The translations under genes were made by a program, and so were the position numbers. A stretch of 63,990 nt of DNA, the filler included, from Basidiobolus ranarum (lineage: Eukaryota), in assembly GCA_040143965.1 (NCBI GenBank). It is 5 parts of 5 records of this genome, joined end to end, with 100 filler letters (N's around TTAATTAATTAA, not from the genome) between each part and the next. Parts side by side here need not be neighbours in the genome. Positions count along the whole stretch, not along the records: positions 13,134 to 26,144 come from JASJQH010007384.1; positions 26,245 to 39,237 come from JASJQH010007385.1; 3 more parts are not named here. The stretch is one strand, 5' to 3'. Below are positions 25,938-39,337 of this stretch, one piece after another (the stretch's first letter is position 1; every line of letters starts with the position of its first letter). The notes beneath the pieces were generated by a model. That model was not told where the DNA came from. It saw only the letters and a list, made by a program, of their open reading frames with translations, and did no database searches.

Positions 25938-26144
25938 ATGAAATTCTACGCTACTCTTATTACTCTTGCTCTCTGCAGTCAGGCGGTGATAGCATGTACG
26001 CATATGGAGAGCAAGTGCTCCTCTGAGGATGACCGTACCATTGTTCGTTGTGTCAATGACGACTGGGTTAAGACCAAGTGTGGTGTGGAGACTGTCTGCC
26101 GTGAGAAGGATCACACTGGACCATTCTGTGATCATGCCGATGAC
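25938..26144 (+). CDS. Family copy 11 (3'-truncated by contig end)
   Basis: N-terminus nearly identical to copy 10; sequence runs into Ns after FCDHADD. Confidence 0.88.
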
Positions 26145-26244
26145 NNNNNNNNNNNNNNNNNNNNNNNNNNNNNNNNNNNNNNNNNNNNTTAATTAATTAA
26201 NNNNNNNNNNNNNNNNNNNNNNNNNNNNNNNNNNNNNNNNNNNN
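26145..26244. other. Artificial contig linker
   Basis: N44-TTAATTAATTAA-N44. Confidence 0.98.
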
Positions 26245-28702
26245 AGATATCAACGCGAAGATCAAGTTACTAGGCTTGGATATTAAAGCCGTCGTGTGTC
26301 TCAAGGATGGTATTAAAGTCTTAGTTAATGTCAAGTGAAGTTGATTTTAGCAGGTAGCTAGCAGGTAGCCTCACCAGGCATAGAATACACTCCAATATGT
26401 AGTTTACATCATAATAAGAGAGCTTCATCTAATAAAGAAATTATAATGGAGCAAAACCGCTGCTCCAGCAGTCAGATCAATATATATATGTATATTTGAA
26501 TTAGTTTCAACTTCTATGTATTTGGTGAAAGAAGTCAACAAGAAAATTCTATTACTCCGGAGTATGTTCCGCTCGAAATCTTCTACAATGAGAATTTCGA
26601 CGGAATAATTAATACAAATTCGACTACAATATTGAATCACATTAGGGATGTTACTTAGCCAATGATATAGATTCTCACTTAATTGAATTAACCCAAAATC
26701 TACTTTATCCTTTCTCATTTGAGCTTTTAACCCTAAGATTTTATCTGGAAATCAAATATCTCAGATTCGTGAAGATCATCCAATTGAATGGCTAGTTAAA
26801 TACTACTATGGAACACTAAAGCATTTAAACCGAGCTGCAAATTGGTATAATTCCGGATCAAGCCACCGACAAGTGATAGAAACGTGACGAGGTGACAAAA
26901 GATCCGGGTGCTTCAGTAAAGGTTAAGGTTATCAATATTATAGTACAGTTATTGTAGACATCACTACGGACTCTAACCACAGAGAAAGGCTCACCTGGAA
27001 ACATGCACAAATTACTTACATCTGAGAATTATCAAATTCATTCGGGTATAGATATCAATATTTTATTTTATGCATTTGTGACGACCTTAGAGAGATCAAC
27101 TTGTCAATTCAAGTTACACTGTCCTTTTGTAGCACCTCAAATCGTTTTCTAGTTTCAAGAATTAGAACGAATTAACAGCCAACAACTATCACCATATTGA
27201 TGCCTTTAACTCGCGGCCCTGAAAATATTCTCATCATCTCTCACGGCTATTCTAGTGGATACGTAGTTGCAACATGACTGTCCGAGAGCGTATCAGCACG
27301 TGTCTGTTCGTAAACCTTTAACCTTGTCAGAACCACAGTTCATCAGAGTAGACAGCATATTATGACTGCCCTCATGGTACTGTGCGTGGTAGTTTTAGAA
27401 TCGTTCTATCCAAAGCTATAGTACACCATTACTAGGTGATCTACAACACTTGGCATCCTTATTGCTTCACTTTACTGTTTACACATCCAAAGGTGACCTC
27501 TTGGAGGGATTGGAATTATCTCAGACTAGATACAGATAGGTCAGCAGCAGACGCGAAGATGAAGGGACGATGGTTATCACCGGAGGGTTCTAGAAGCCCC
27601 ACTATGCTTACAAGGGTTCTGGTCATACAATCCCTTCAAATGTATTATTGATTTGGAATATGTTCACCATGTGGAGCGGCACCTTCAGTGCATTTTGTAT
27701 CTGACATAGTCAACTATGGAGAGATCAGTATTAAATCAGGCGGACAAAATATACGTAATCCTAGCGAGTTGAAGTGTATACTTGCGATTGCCGCGATAAA
27801 TACCATTTATGGTTACCAAACCATTTGATAGGTCAACAGGTTTGGTCTTAGTTTATCCCGATCTTTTGATGCTAACCTAGCCAATTCTTGCGGTTTCAAA
27901 TTCACTTACACCTACTGATTCTGCTATTCAGGTTCAAAGTTTACATCGGATCTACCACAGTCGAACCATGCTGGTGTACTGAAGAAGGCCACTCATCAGG
28001 AGTGTTCATAATTTGACATCAAATTGAGCGGTTTCAACAAAGCAAAACAGGAATGGGAATGACGATGCAACGAAATTGGCTCACTACGATCATGTGTACA
28101 TGATTTGGTCCTTGTATATAGTATGTATGGTTTTGATAGTCATTACCCCGAAAATATGATCGTACCATTGAAGCACAAAAAGAATCACTTTGTAGCATCT
28201 CGATTTTCTGGTGGATTGAAAAAAGTTCCCTGGTTGAATGAGTAAATAACAGGCTCGAGCATCAATACATTACTTTTACTATGCACATAAGGAAATCACT
28301 GAAAGGCTTCACTTTGTTATTTATATTGATTATTGAGGAATATGTTGGTGTCAGGCCAAGTGTAGAAATGCAAAAGAGCAAGTATATACCTGAGGGAGTA
28401 TTCCTACCATGAACGTCCCTCAAGTAGAATGCTTCATATAATGGGATTGTCAATAAAAACAAATGCGGAAAAGTAGTGATAGATCGTGTTCACCCACAAA
28501 TGTATATACAGTAGAGATCAAGATTGAGAGAAGCAGACCAAGGATCCAAAGGAAAAGGGTGAATTAGAAATACCGAAAGGTGTACTTGTCATCAGCAACA
28601 GGAGCAAAAGTTATACTTCGTTTGCGGAGTTCCGTAGTTTAAAAGAGATTAAACTAGAAAAAGCTTCTGACAGAGTGATTGTCAACATGTGGATGACTCT
28701 AT

Positions 28703-29501
28703 TTACTGCAAGTCCTTGAAACACTTTCGACATTCTGCATTATTACTCAACTCGCTACGAAGAGGAATGTAAAGGCAGTGCTTACAGTAAACCTTTGTTT
28801 TGCGATATCTAATTAAGAGGTCGGTTATTGCACTGGAAGTTAGTTTTTGATGAGTATTGTTCCACTGAATACCTTAATCCACAAGAATTACAAAGAGGAA
28901 CTTGGTCAGACCATCCAGGACGCCAACAAGGAGTATGCTTTACTCCGCACGAGGCACAGCATTTTTTAAGACCCGCTGGTCCTGGACTGACGGAGGAGGA
29001 TTTTCTAGGCGAGGTTATTTCATGAGAGTGATGCACAGGCTCTATTTCACCATGAGATACACTCTCATCATGCAAATTTGAATGTGACACAGAATCAAGT
29101 AATAATTGCGTACTGGATCTTCTTTGCTTATTTGCATTGGCTGTTGAAGATTTTGTCTTGGACGTCTTGGGTACCCCAAAATCTAAAGATTTGGCACGCC
29201 TCTTTCTGGCGACATGTGACAAGAGTACTGGATAATGTAAAATGATGCTACCTTCCAACTTATCTTTTATCTCATCCTCACCAGTAGAGCTAGAAGAAGA
29301 GATTGGGGATCCGACTGGACTCGGCAGGCTCTGTTTCATAGGTGAGGGAGGGAAGAATATTGGGAATTTGAATACTACACCAGGAGATGTCTCTAGATCA
29401 AACCTACTGGGCGACTTTACTGGGACCCCTTTACGTTTATTTCTGCGCATGGGGTTGCCGGATTTTGGAAGAATAATATCAATTTCGGTAGCAACGGTCA
29501 T
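28703..29501 (-). CDS. Ash1-type GATA zinc-finger transcription factor; exons 29501-28873 and 28808-28703
   Basis: CASC-x18-CNSC with [17 protein letters not shown] 64-bp intron gives [21 protein letters not shown], the second Cys cluster typical of Ash1-like factors. Ser/Pro-rich N-terminus. Confidence 0.88.
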
Positions 29502-32500
29502 TGTGTCAAGAGAATATTGTACCGGAGGATATGAAGATGAAAGATCAATAGAGGTAGCTATGATATCCTAAAAAACACAGATCACAAAATGATAGCGGGT
29601 AAGCATCAGAATAGTGAAGATTGAAGACGTATCATAAAGGCTTCATGTTGAGAGAATTGCTTTTGTATCAGTGTAATGAAAATGAGCCTGTATACAGTCA
29701 ATACTCACAAATTATATCAGAATGGAATAGTCTTCGACGATCGATCAGTATTTGTTGTGAAGGTGTATTGTGCAGGCAAGCGGAAATGTATTGAAGGTAA
29801 AGTGGCTGTTCAGAAGCACAAATGTAGTATCTAAACTGTATGTAAGGGGATCAAAGAAGGCTTGATCTTCAGAAATACTCGTTGCAAAAGGTGAGTTACA
29901 AGTCACAGGAACGATGTTGACAAGAATCAGCGTTTGTATCCAACTAATATGATCCTACAGAGTGTAAGAACGTAGCCAAGTAACGACAAGATCAACGAAT
30001 ATACCGGAATATAATCCAAGTCCTGCAAAGTGAACGAAGGATATAAGAGAGAGAGAGAGAAAGATAAGGATACTAACAAAACCGAACCAGAGGAGAGCGC
30101 GCTTATATAGTTGCCTACTCCTCACCTGCACTAATTGGACTCCTGTGCCACTTCACTTACTTCCGAGCTTCTCACCTGATTGCCTGATATAGTCCAACCA
30201 GGTCGATGGAGTTTCCATAATAAATTATAAGGAGATGGTATCGATTCTTCCAATCATGTAGCGGCGAAGCGATTTAACAACGAAATATCAAAGCCTCACA
30301 CAGCCGAACTGTCTGTGGTATAAGAATGCTAGAGGATCTTGAGTGCCAGGTAGCTACACACGCTGTCAATACACACAGTTCTTCTAGAAGATGCATACCA
30401 CTTTGCTGTCTGGGTTGACACGCTGATAAGGGCGTTGTGGACAATTCAAGAGGTTTGATGCTAAGTTCGAGCCATACAGAGGGAACGGTCGATAGCACGT
30501 ACCAAAGTAATAGACAATTTGAGGAGTTGGCCTTTCATATGGGATATTGCATTGTAGATTAGTGATCAGGAACGTAAGCCTAATGAGTGATATCCATCAG
30601 TATTTTTGCAGACAGATGGAGGCAAAGTGGATTGTTTCAAGATGCAATAAAGGGTGAATATGCTCGGATCATAATGTTTTTCAAATCAAGGAAGGTATTG
30701 TATACCATGGAGCATCAGATCTGAAGTCAACGCCTTAAAATGGAATCCATTCATGCACTGAACATCCAAATTCCCAGCTTGCAAACCTGCAATCGCTTTC
30801 CTTGAGACCCCATCATTTCCTAAAATTTTCATTTTTCATCCTCTTGTAAATCTCACTCGTACAAAATATCCTTGCCTGTTGCTTGGCTTTGTGTTCTATT
30901 TTATTGCCTATTCTTAAGAATTCTGGAACATTTGTACTACCCCATATGCACACCTTGACCCATCTGCTAAAAGAGTGATTTAGCCTTATAGTTCTCTGTA
31001 AAAAGAGTACAGAATTAGGACAAACATTATGGGCGCTGTTCTACCAATCTACTCTCCTATATGACCCAGCATGTCTTGACCGTTAATGATCTCTAAGGGA
31101 GGAGCTCAGTGACAGTGCTGATACCATACTAGTGTAGACGACTAGGGGCTCTGTTCCATTTTCCCTTAAAAGAGTAGCTTGCTGTTTTTGCTCAGGGCAA
31201 CATGAATACCAGGTAATGATCGGTAACATATGACGTATCCATTTTTCAATCACCTGTTGGTAAATTGAATGAATGAGCTTAATTTCTTCTATCCACACAG
31301 TGTTTGTATAAATAACATCATGTATAGTTTAGCATGAGCTATTATCCAACACCATGCCGATCTATACCTAGAACGAGCCCCAATGGGCACAATTTAAACT
31401 CACAGTCTGGTGTGAGAGTATCAGATCGGCACTACTTCCTAGCTCTAAGGCTGTACTGGTAGTTCCTGCGCTTCAGAGATGTGCTAGTAGTTGCCAGTAT
31501 AAAGCCTTCAATGGATAGCATTATAACGTCAATTATTTCGAGCGGAAACTCTGGTTGAGGTCTCTCTACCGGGGTTTGATCATTACTATGTGGTTAAGGT
31601 TTTGGAAGGTATGGACTGTGTATCAATGAGTTTGACATCATTTATTCCAGTCTCGGAAGTATTTTGTCCTTATCCAATAAATCATGGAGGCTTCACTTAG
31701 CACGATTGTTAGGGGTTTCAGGATAATGCGGATTATCCTTCATTTATTTGCTTAAACAAATTTGATTTTTCTAAAATTCCATTTCGAGCAACCTCCTCAT
31801 ATTCGTTTGTTAATATCAAAATGCAAGGATGAATCACATCTATTTTAAGCGAAATTCTGCAACTCTTTATTCTGTAGAAGCCTTTGTGGAAATCACAGCT
31901 GAGATCAGAGCACCAGCGTGGTCATTGAAGCTTGTGCTGCTCGGGACTCTCATAACAGAGTGGTGTTTCTTCTGTATGGATCTAACGCTTCATGCCTCTT
32001 AATTTGTTCATGTCACAAGTCTTCTTAACCTTTGGAATCTACATACGCCTTCTAAAACACGTTGACTCATCAATGATACACATTGGGTCAGGAGTTCGGC
32101 ATGCTTAAACAGGCTTGTATTTCAATGATTTGATATCGATTTTCTCATTGCAACACATTAGTGACTTGAATTGGCGCGCATCTGATCGAAATCACTCTCT
32201 GTTGGCAATACAATTACTCGAAAGAGATACCTAACAAGATGGTGATTTTGGCAGTAGATCATTATCTTCATTAAAATTCTTCAACTATGGCCTATCCATT
32301 TCAAACAAACAGGATTCTCCGTACTATTGCGCCTGAGATAAGACTCCCATAGAGACGGCGCAGTAGTATACAGGCAAAGAACAACGGTACGAGGCTCTAG
32401 TTATATTGACCTAACATACCTGCATCTAAGATTAGTAGAAACTAAGTGAAATGACTCAAACCATTCTTGTCAATATATAGAGACATTCGGTCGTTATTCA

Positions 32501-33869
32501 TCTCTTGTAGTGCTGAAATCTGCTGGTTGTACGTTTCAGGGTAATCGAAACTTGTCATGTAAATGCAATATGTTTGGGTGTGTCTATTGGATGAATCACG
32601 CATGATAGCCAAGCTGTTCATCATGTTATCTAGCAGAGTGGCCTAGCTAAACCTATTTTGGAAGATATCACCTCAATTGAAAACTCTCTATGCAACTTGA
32701 AATATGCTGTGCGAGTATCTCGGTCTGTCTTGATGCTTCTGAGTGCTTATGTTGTTTAAATAACTGTATGTTTCGCCAGCATGAATATTTATTGTTGGAT
32801 AAGACACAACAATAATGCCATTACTTCCATCCAATCACTATCACGCCTCTTTTCCACTATAGAGGGTATCGCACATGATCTAGAATGCAAACCTCTAGGA
32901 TAAATCAAATAATTCCCACAATGCTACACTCCATCAGTATACTTTTATACTACAAAGGATATTAGTAGCTTTCCATACACGTGACACGCAGGACTCCCTT
33001 TCTCGCAGACTAGAATTTTTAGGGTGAAACTTGGCCTTCAGTCATATAGTTTATCAAGCAAAGTTGGTCACAAAGGAGCTGACTGTCAAGTAACCAATGT
33101 GGATAATTCATCTAGTGTAGACTTGATTGGTGGGATCATCTATTGGAATGTTGAGATCCGATAATATAGCTGGAGAGCTCAATCAAAAGCATGTTCAGAA
33201 ATCATATATGCTAAATTGTGAGAAAGATGTAGTTATGAATAGTGTCGTGATAAGGTTTCCTTGGGTTTTCTCACGAGCCATATGTCAAAGTCTGTTTTAC
33301 ATTGAGTTATTGTGTAATTTTAGGTTTCTTAACCAAATATCTTATTGGTATTATTTGACTAAAGGCGTAGAACTCCGTAAATTCTTGATTGTAGAAGTAT
33401 CTATCTTAATATAGTACATATGGTTATGGCATGAACTAAGAGGAGTCCAACTTGATATTTTCGAGCGTCCTAGGCTATATCCTCTCAAGAAAAGTTCACT
33501 CTTCTCATAATAGAAGGAGCCGCAATATTAAGCCCGAGAAGAAGACGGAGGAGGTCAGTCAGTAAACAATGACAACACAATAAGTAATAGCTCTTGATGC
33601 GAATACCGGATGGAAGGAAACGTATGAAACGCAGAACGATTTGACCTTCACGAGACTGAGTTTGTATTTCAAAAATGACAGATATCAAAAATAACGTTGG
33701 AAGTGATTTTCGATTCAAAAGAATGATACAATGACATGGAAAGTCATAGTTGATTCACTATTTCTTAGCACTATAATATATTTGTCAGGTACGGCAAAGA
33801 TTGAAAAGGTCAAGTCTAATTTCCATTAAAATCCTGTTTGATATGCTCCTAGATTTTCCTGGTTCGTCA

Positions 33870-34160
33870 ACTCACTAGATCAGAAATGTCCTAACTAGAG
33901 TCAGATATCAACCAATTATTGTAGATTTCGGAGTTGCTACCTATTTATGTGGAACAATGCCATAAATTGTCTGATCGAAACATTTATCTCATTACTAGAT
34001 TATCCTACTTGATGGCGTTATACTAACTGACAATCATACACAACCCTGGATATTGAAAATGCACCATACTTAAATGTAACTCAACTAGACAATGTAAAGG
34101 AAATTCGAATGGGCAACGGATAGTGTTTCTGGAAGTTACACCTGGATGAAACGGAATGTA
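33870..34160 (+). pseudogene. Possible protein kinase relic
   Basis: RNVLTRVRYQPIIVDFGVATYL (33882-33947; subdomains VIb-VII) and GSYTWM (34131-34148; subdomain VIII-like), surrounded by stops. Confidence 0.4.
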
Positions 34161-37100
34161 TAAGGTACCGTATGAAGCAACGTATCTAACAACATTGCTG
34201 GTTGGTAGTTTTATCTTTATCCATGCACTCTATTACCAGCTACATATTCATACTTGCCAGATATTCAGTGTTCCATCATAGTAGTAAATTTTGGTAAATT
34301 GAACCCAAAGTGATGGAACTAAAACAAGTAGAGGGGTAAAGTGATCCCAAGTTTAATTATTTTAGCGAGTATTAGCAGTATTAGTTACATTATATTCGTT
34401 GACGAATCCACACGGTAACATAATTGTAAATCTCTAACTTAACCTTACAGTAACCCTGGAAGTTTCATTTGGTTGGATATATTACAATATTACAACGAGG
34501 ATCATATGAACCTATACGAAGGTTTTCTTTCAAACTAATTAAGTCACGCAGTCAATACCGGAAACCTCCTTTGACTCACTTGTATTATTGAATGTAGTCT
34601 CTCGTTGCTTTCTGTGAAGATTGACACCTGAATTAATACCAAGTACAGCCATAACAAGTATAGTACTTTTGAAGCATTGCACACTAGTTGCTTCAAAGGC
34701 AACTTAGATATGATGCAGTGGATATTTAAGTCAATGACGTCACATATCACTATCCCCATATTATTGTGTTTCCTATTATTATCAAGTTATATCTAATTTA
34801 CTATGTTAATAATAATAAACCTTATTTACCAGATCATATTCTTGAGTTAGATGCAGGCTTCACAAGTGACTGTGCCTTCCTTTATATGTTACATACATTA
34901 TTGCATTCCTGATAATCTGAATCATCATCAAAGCTATCAGTTGAGTGGCTGTTATCTGACAGTCAAAGATGATTTACTCTCTTGGTAGTAAAAGAAGTTA
35001 CTATAATTCGAACATTGTGAAGTTTGAAAAATCACTCCAGTCTCATAATATAGCTCTGATATGCTTTCAATTGTATTGAAGTGAACTCCTGACGGACCCA
35101 AGTATTAGATAAATTAAGACATGATATTGCTAAACAAAGCTCAAATAAAGGTGAATGTAAAATAATTCTTCAAGATTCAGATGTAATACGTTATTTTTGA
35201 CGAAAAAAAGTGTTAACCAAAAACAATATAACTTTCCGATTCTTGTTTATCGTACATATAATGACGTTACCAGTCTGTAAAAGTATAGACAACATTACAT
35301 CTCTTCTTACTACAGATGGAGTGTTGTATGGCGGCACCAGAATGCAGTAGGTCTCCCAGTAAATAAGCTTAAATGTCCGTCAATACTCTTGTTAATTTCT
35401 CTTTTGCTAGCATAAGGTTGCATTCGAATGTACTCAATCGTACTGATGCCCAATAATAAGCCGTAAAGAGGTAGTGTATCAGCAAAAGACACACTAAGAA
35501 TTATTGCAGCATGCAATCATTGAATAACAGGATTATACTTGTTCATTTGTCAATATGACTTATGCAACAGCTCAAAGCCTAAATATCGCTAAAAGATGAA
35601 ATTATAGCTCAATCGAATATAAGAGACGATTCTGTACCTACTGAATTATATGGTGCATGTATTACAGTTGAGCTTCTAATATTTATCCAACTTCCTATTT
35701 ATCTTCAACTGATGTAGACCTGATAATGATTTCAGCAGCTGTAAAATTTGCATCACAATTAACTAGTCTTTCCAAAACGACAAGTAATCAGGCTGATCAA
35801 TTACTATTTCCAAATACTCACTTTGCCATGTCGTACAACCATTGCGAGACAAAACATTATCCACATTGACTATGAGTCTTTTAGAAGTCGGTATTCACCG
35901 GCCGCAAAGACGCATCCTTTCAAAATTCGGTAGGAATCATCGCTTTAGGTTATTATGCATTGCATTTCTACGCCGATTTTAGAAAATAACTGAATTTCGC
36001 CCTGGTGTAATTTACATGTGATTTTAATTATTTTACATGCGGAGATTTATTCGGGTTTCTCGGAAATTTCCATCCCGTATTATCGCATCATTCCTCTTAG
36101 CTTATAGATTGCCAATATTCAATCACCTAGCAATGCTGACCAAAATTGTGACTGAATTGAACCTGGATGCCATACTATTGCCTAAATCTATTTGATATAG
36201 ATCATGCCATGCTATTGGTATCTACATTGTTATAATAAAGATAGATAAATCGTACAGCCCTTAAACTTCTAGATTTTATTTTGAGTGGGCTTCATTAGAC
36301 ACAACACAGCCCTAACTCTGATCCAGATGAACCCTTCAATAATGTAATGACAATTAAGAATTTGGAAATCGGTTTAGTCCACCGCCATAAAGAGGTCAGT
36401 TTGTGACCAAAAAGGCAATTATTTGCGTGAATGATAAATATACTGTTGGCGAGGCTGGGCGAATTGAGATGAGAAAAGCAATGTACTATTGTTCCTGGTG
36501 GCTTAGGTGCTCATCGGGGGTCAAACCAGCCTCCAGAGTACTATGACGACTCCATACAATTACCCTAGAGCGTTGAATCGCCATGTGGAATGCTATTGTC
36601 GGGTTGTTCAAAATATAGCACCACAACTGCCAAGAGTTGGGATCATCACTGTGAAACAGATATCAAAATGAATTTACTCCTTAGGCTTCCCAAAAAGGAG
36701 GGGGTTATATATAAATCGGGATCTCAACTCTCCGTAGAGAATCTTGGCAGTTTCTAAATAAGGCTTTTTAGTAATGTGAGCGACCAACAGGGGAATGTAC
36801 TTTGTTTTGATTTGTGCAGGAGTAAGCATGCGAGTTAGGTTAAAATTAAAATAGAATAGGATTTCTGATTAAGCTGTTGGTCACCTGATTCTATGGATAA
36901 TCAACGCATGCATAAACATACTCTAGTTTTCCGTAGCCTCCTTAAGAATGACAACCCGCAGGTCACAACAACTCCTGCCAGGCTTGTATTGTTATTTCTA
37001 ATATGCCATCAACAGTCTAGGAAGTGCTAGTAAGTGTTGATCGTACTCAGGATACGTTTCATGGATTGCTAAATGCGAAAACATCAGTTTAGGTACTGGT

Positions 37101-38145
37101 TCAAAGCCTTTAGCAAGAGTTACTAAACTAATTAAGCCATGCCTATTAGTGGTGTATCTAGGTGATGCACCACCGATTAATTACTATTATCACGGCATTG
37201 CACACTGCCGATATTTGTTATCAGAGCGCCGTTGTGATTATTTTCCAAACTTGGCAACTAACACAGTGCTTGGCTTGGATTATCAGGAAGTGTGCATAAT
37301 TGCCGTCTGCCAGTGGTGTGATCGTTTTGAATTAGCAATCTGGGATTATTTCAATTCCACAAACCAATTGGCCATGGCCCTGGCAAGAATTACAGGCTGA
37401 TAAATTGGTTCCTGTTTACTTGCATTATTGTAAATCTCATAAGCCCCGGGCTACGGAAATTAGATTTAGCTTGCATGATCGTAATCATACAATTCTATGA
37501 TTCCCAACTTTCCCAACTCCTCGGCTTCTAAGGTCTACTGATGAACGGTGTTACGAGTACTACTTACATCACCCATGACCAGAATGTTGTCTTCATTACA
37601 GAGCGCTGGTCTGACAAAATGAATTCAGGAATTCTGCTTGACATGATTCAGTGAGTTGACTGATTGGTCAATATATACGGCGAAATTTGTGAATGGTCAT
37701 TGGTAATCCGTATTGAATTGGGGTTTCTCGGCAATATCAATCACCGTTCTCTATAAATAATTTAATAAAGCCCTGTGCCATTCAAAGCCTTAAGTGGCTG
37801 CTAACAAATTGCTATATTTATTGTTGGCGGAGCAAGTGTCATCACTATCAATGCCATCGATCTTTTAGCCTCCTTGATAGGCAGGAAATTTACATTGGAG
37901 TGTATTTTATTCCGTACTCCCGAATCGGCCAAGTTGGCATTCCTTACTTTTTCTTATTACAAACATAGTTGCGCTTCTACATAAATAGGAGAATTTCCCC
38001 GTACCAGTATCATAATCATTTACTACTCAACCACGACTGACAACATCAACTTCTTCTAGTACTAGACCTCACAAAGGCTGAATCATCACCCTTTCACAAA
38101 GCTCCTATCGGATCGTGTTCTTGAAATTTACATAGAAACATCATC

Positions 38146-39237
38146 ATGCTCAAATTCAGTACTCTTTCTGTACTACTCTTGACTCTAACTCCATCCCTCT
38201 ACGCTCAAGATCCTGTGGTCGTTCCAAATCCGACGTATGTCGCGATCTTAAATGATTCTCTCTGGTTCTATGAAGCTCAGAGAAGCGGTGACTTAAACGC
38301 AGGCGGCTATCAGTCACGAGTTTCTTGGCGTCGCAACTCAGGTATGGATGATGGAAAAGATGTGGGAGTAGACTTGACTGGAGGATACTACGATGCTGGT
38401 GATTATCTCAAATTCCTACTTCCAATGGCTTACAGCTTAACTATCAGCGCCTGGGGTGCAATTGAATTTTGGCCAGGTTATAAACTTGCTTCTCAAGATA
38501 ATTACCTCAAAGATATGCTCAAATGGGGAACAGATTGGATTATAAAAGCAAATACAGACGCAAACACTCTCTATGTGCAAGTAGGTAAAGGAAACGTTGA
38601 CAATAATTATTGGGGACCTGATACAGGTATTCCCACTCCTCGCCCATCCTATAAAATTGACGCTGACCACCCAGGCACAGATGTAGCTAGTGAGTCGGCT
38701 GCTTCACTCGCAGCTGTTTCGATAGTGTTCCGTAATAACTTTGGGGATTCCACCTATGCAGATACTTTGATTAAACATGCCCGTGACCTCTACAACTTCG
38801 CAGATACAGCTCGTAAAACTGAATACCAAAAGTCTGTCACCGACGCAAAGGAGTTTTATGCTTCTACTGGATATAGTGACGAGTTGGTTTGGGGAGCACT
38901 ATGGTTATACCGTGCCACTAATGATACCCAATATCTTAATACCGCTCTAAAATATTTTGATCAGTACAATCTGGCCGGAAAAACTGCGCCCATGGATTGG
39001 AATGAAAAAACCCCTGGTGTCTATGTATTGGCATCAGAAATCCTTACAGATAGTAATGCAGCAAGATTCCAGAAGGAGGCAGAAGCATGGTTAGAAGGTA
39101 TTGTAAGTGGAACAAAGGATGCAACTTACACAAAAGCCGGTTTGGTCTGGTTCCAAGGCACCAGTGAAATGGCATCAACAGTTCCGGCCAATACTTGCTC
39201 ATTGTTAGCCAGCATTTATAACACTGCAGTTTTATCA
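38146..39237 (+). CDS. Secreted glycoside hydrolase family 9 (endoglucanase-like), 3'-truncated
   Basis: Signal peptide; FYEAQRSG, DLTGGYYDAGD, YVQVG, PGTDVA, DELVWGALWLYRAT GH9 motifs; no intron in 1.1 kb. Confidence 0.93.
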
Positions 39238-39337
39238 NNNNNNNNNNNNNNNNNNNNNNNNNNNNNNNNNNNNNNNNNNNNTTAATTAATTAANNNNNNN
39301 NNNNNNNNNNNNNNNNNNNNNNNNNNNNNNNNNNNNN
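39238..39337. other. Artificial contig linker
   Basis: N44-TTAATTAATTAA-N44. Confidence 0.98.

Noticed and set aside
13086-26135. Hydrophobic minus-strand ORFs (MIIFILVMIPFP...) and Met/Thr-rich alternative-frame ORFs over each array gene
   Set aside because: Shadows of GAT/GAC/CAT/GAA-rich codons; signal peptide, TATA and polyA signals all support the His/Asp frame.
13134-26144. CRISPR-like or satellite interpretation of the repeats
   Set aside because: The repeat units are whole protein-coding genes with eukaryotic promoters; no repeat-spacer structure and no cas genes.
30046-30060. (GA)n microsatellite upstream of the GATA gene
   Set aside because: Short, ordinary pyrimidine tract near a transcription start.
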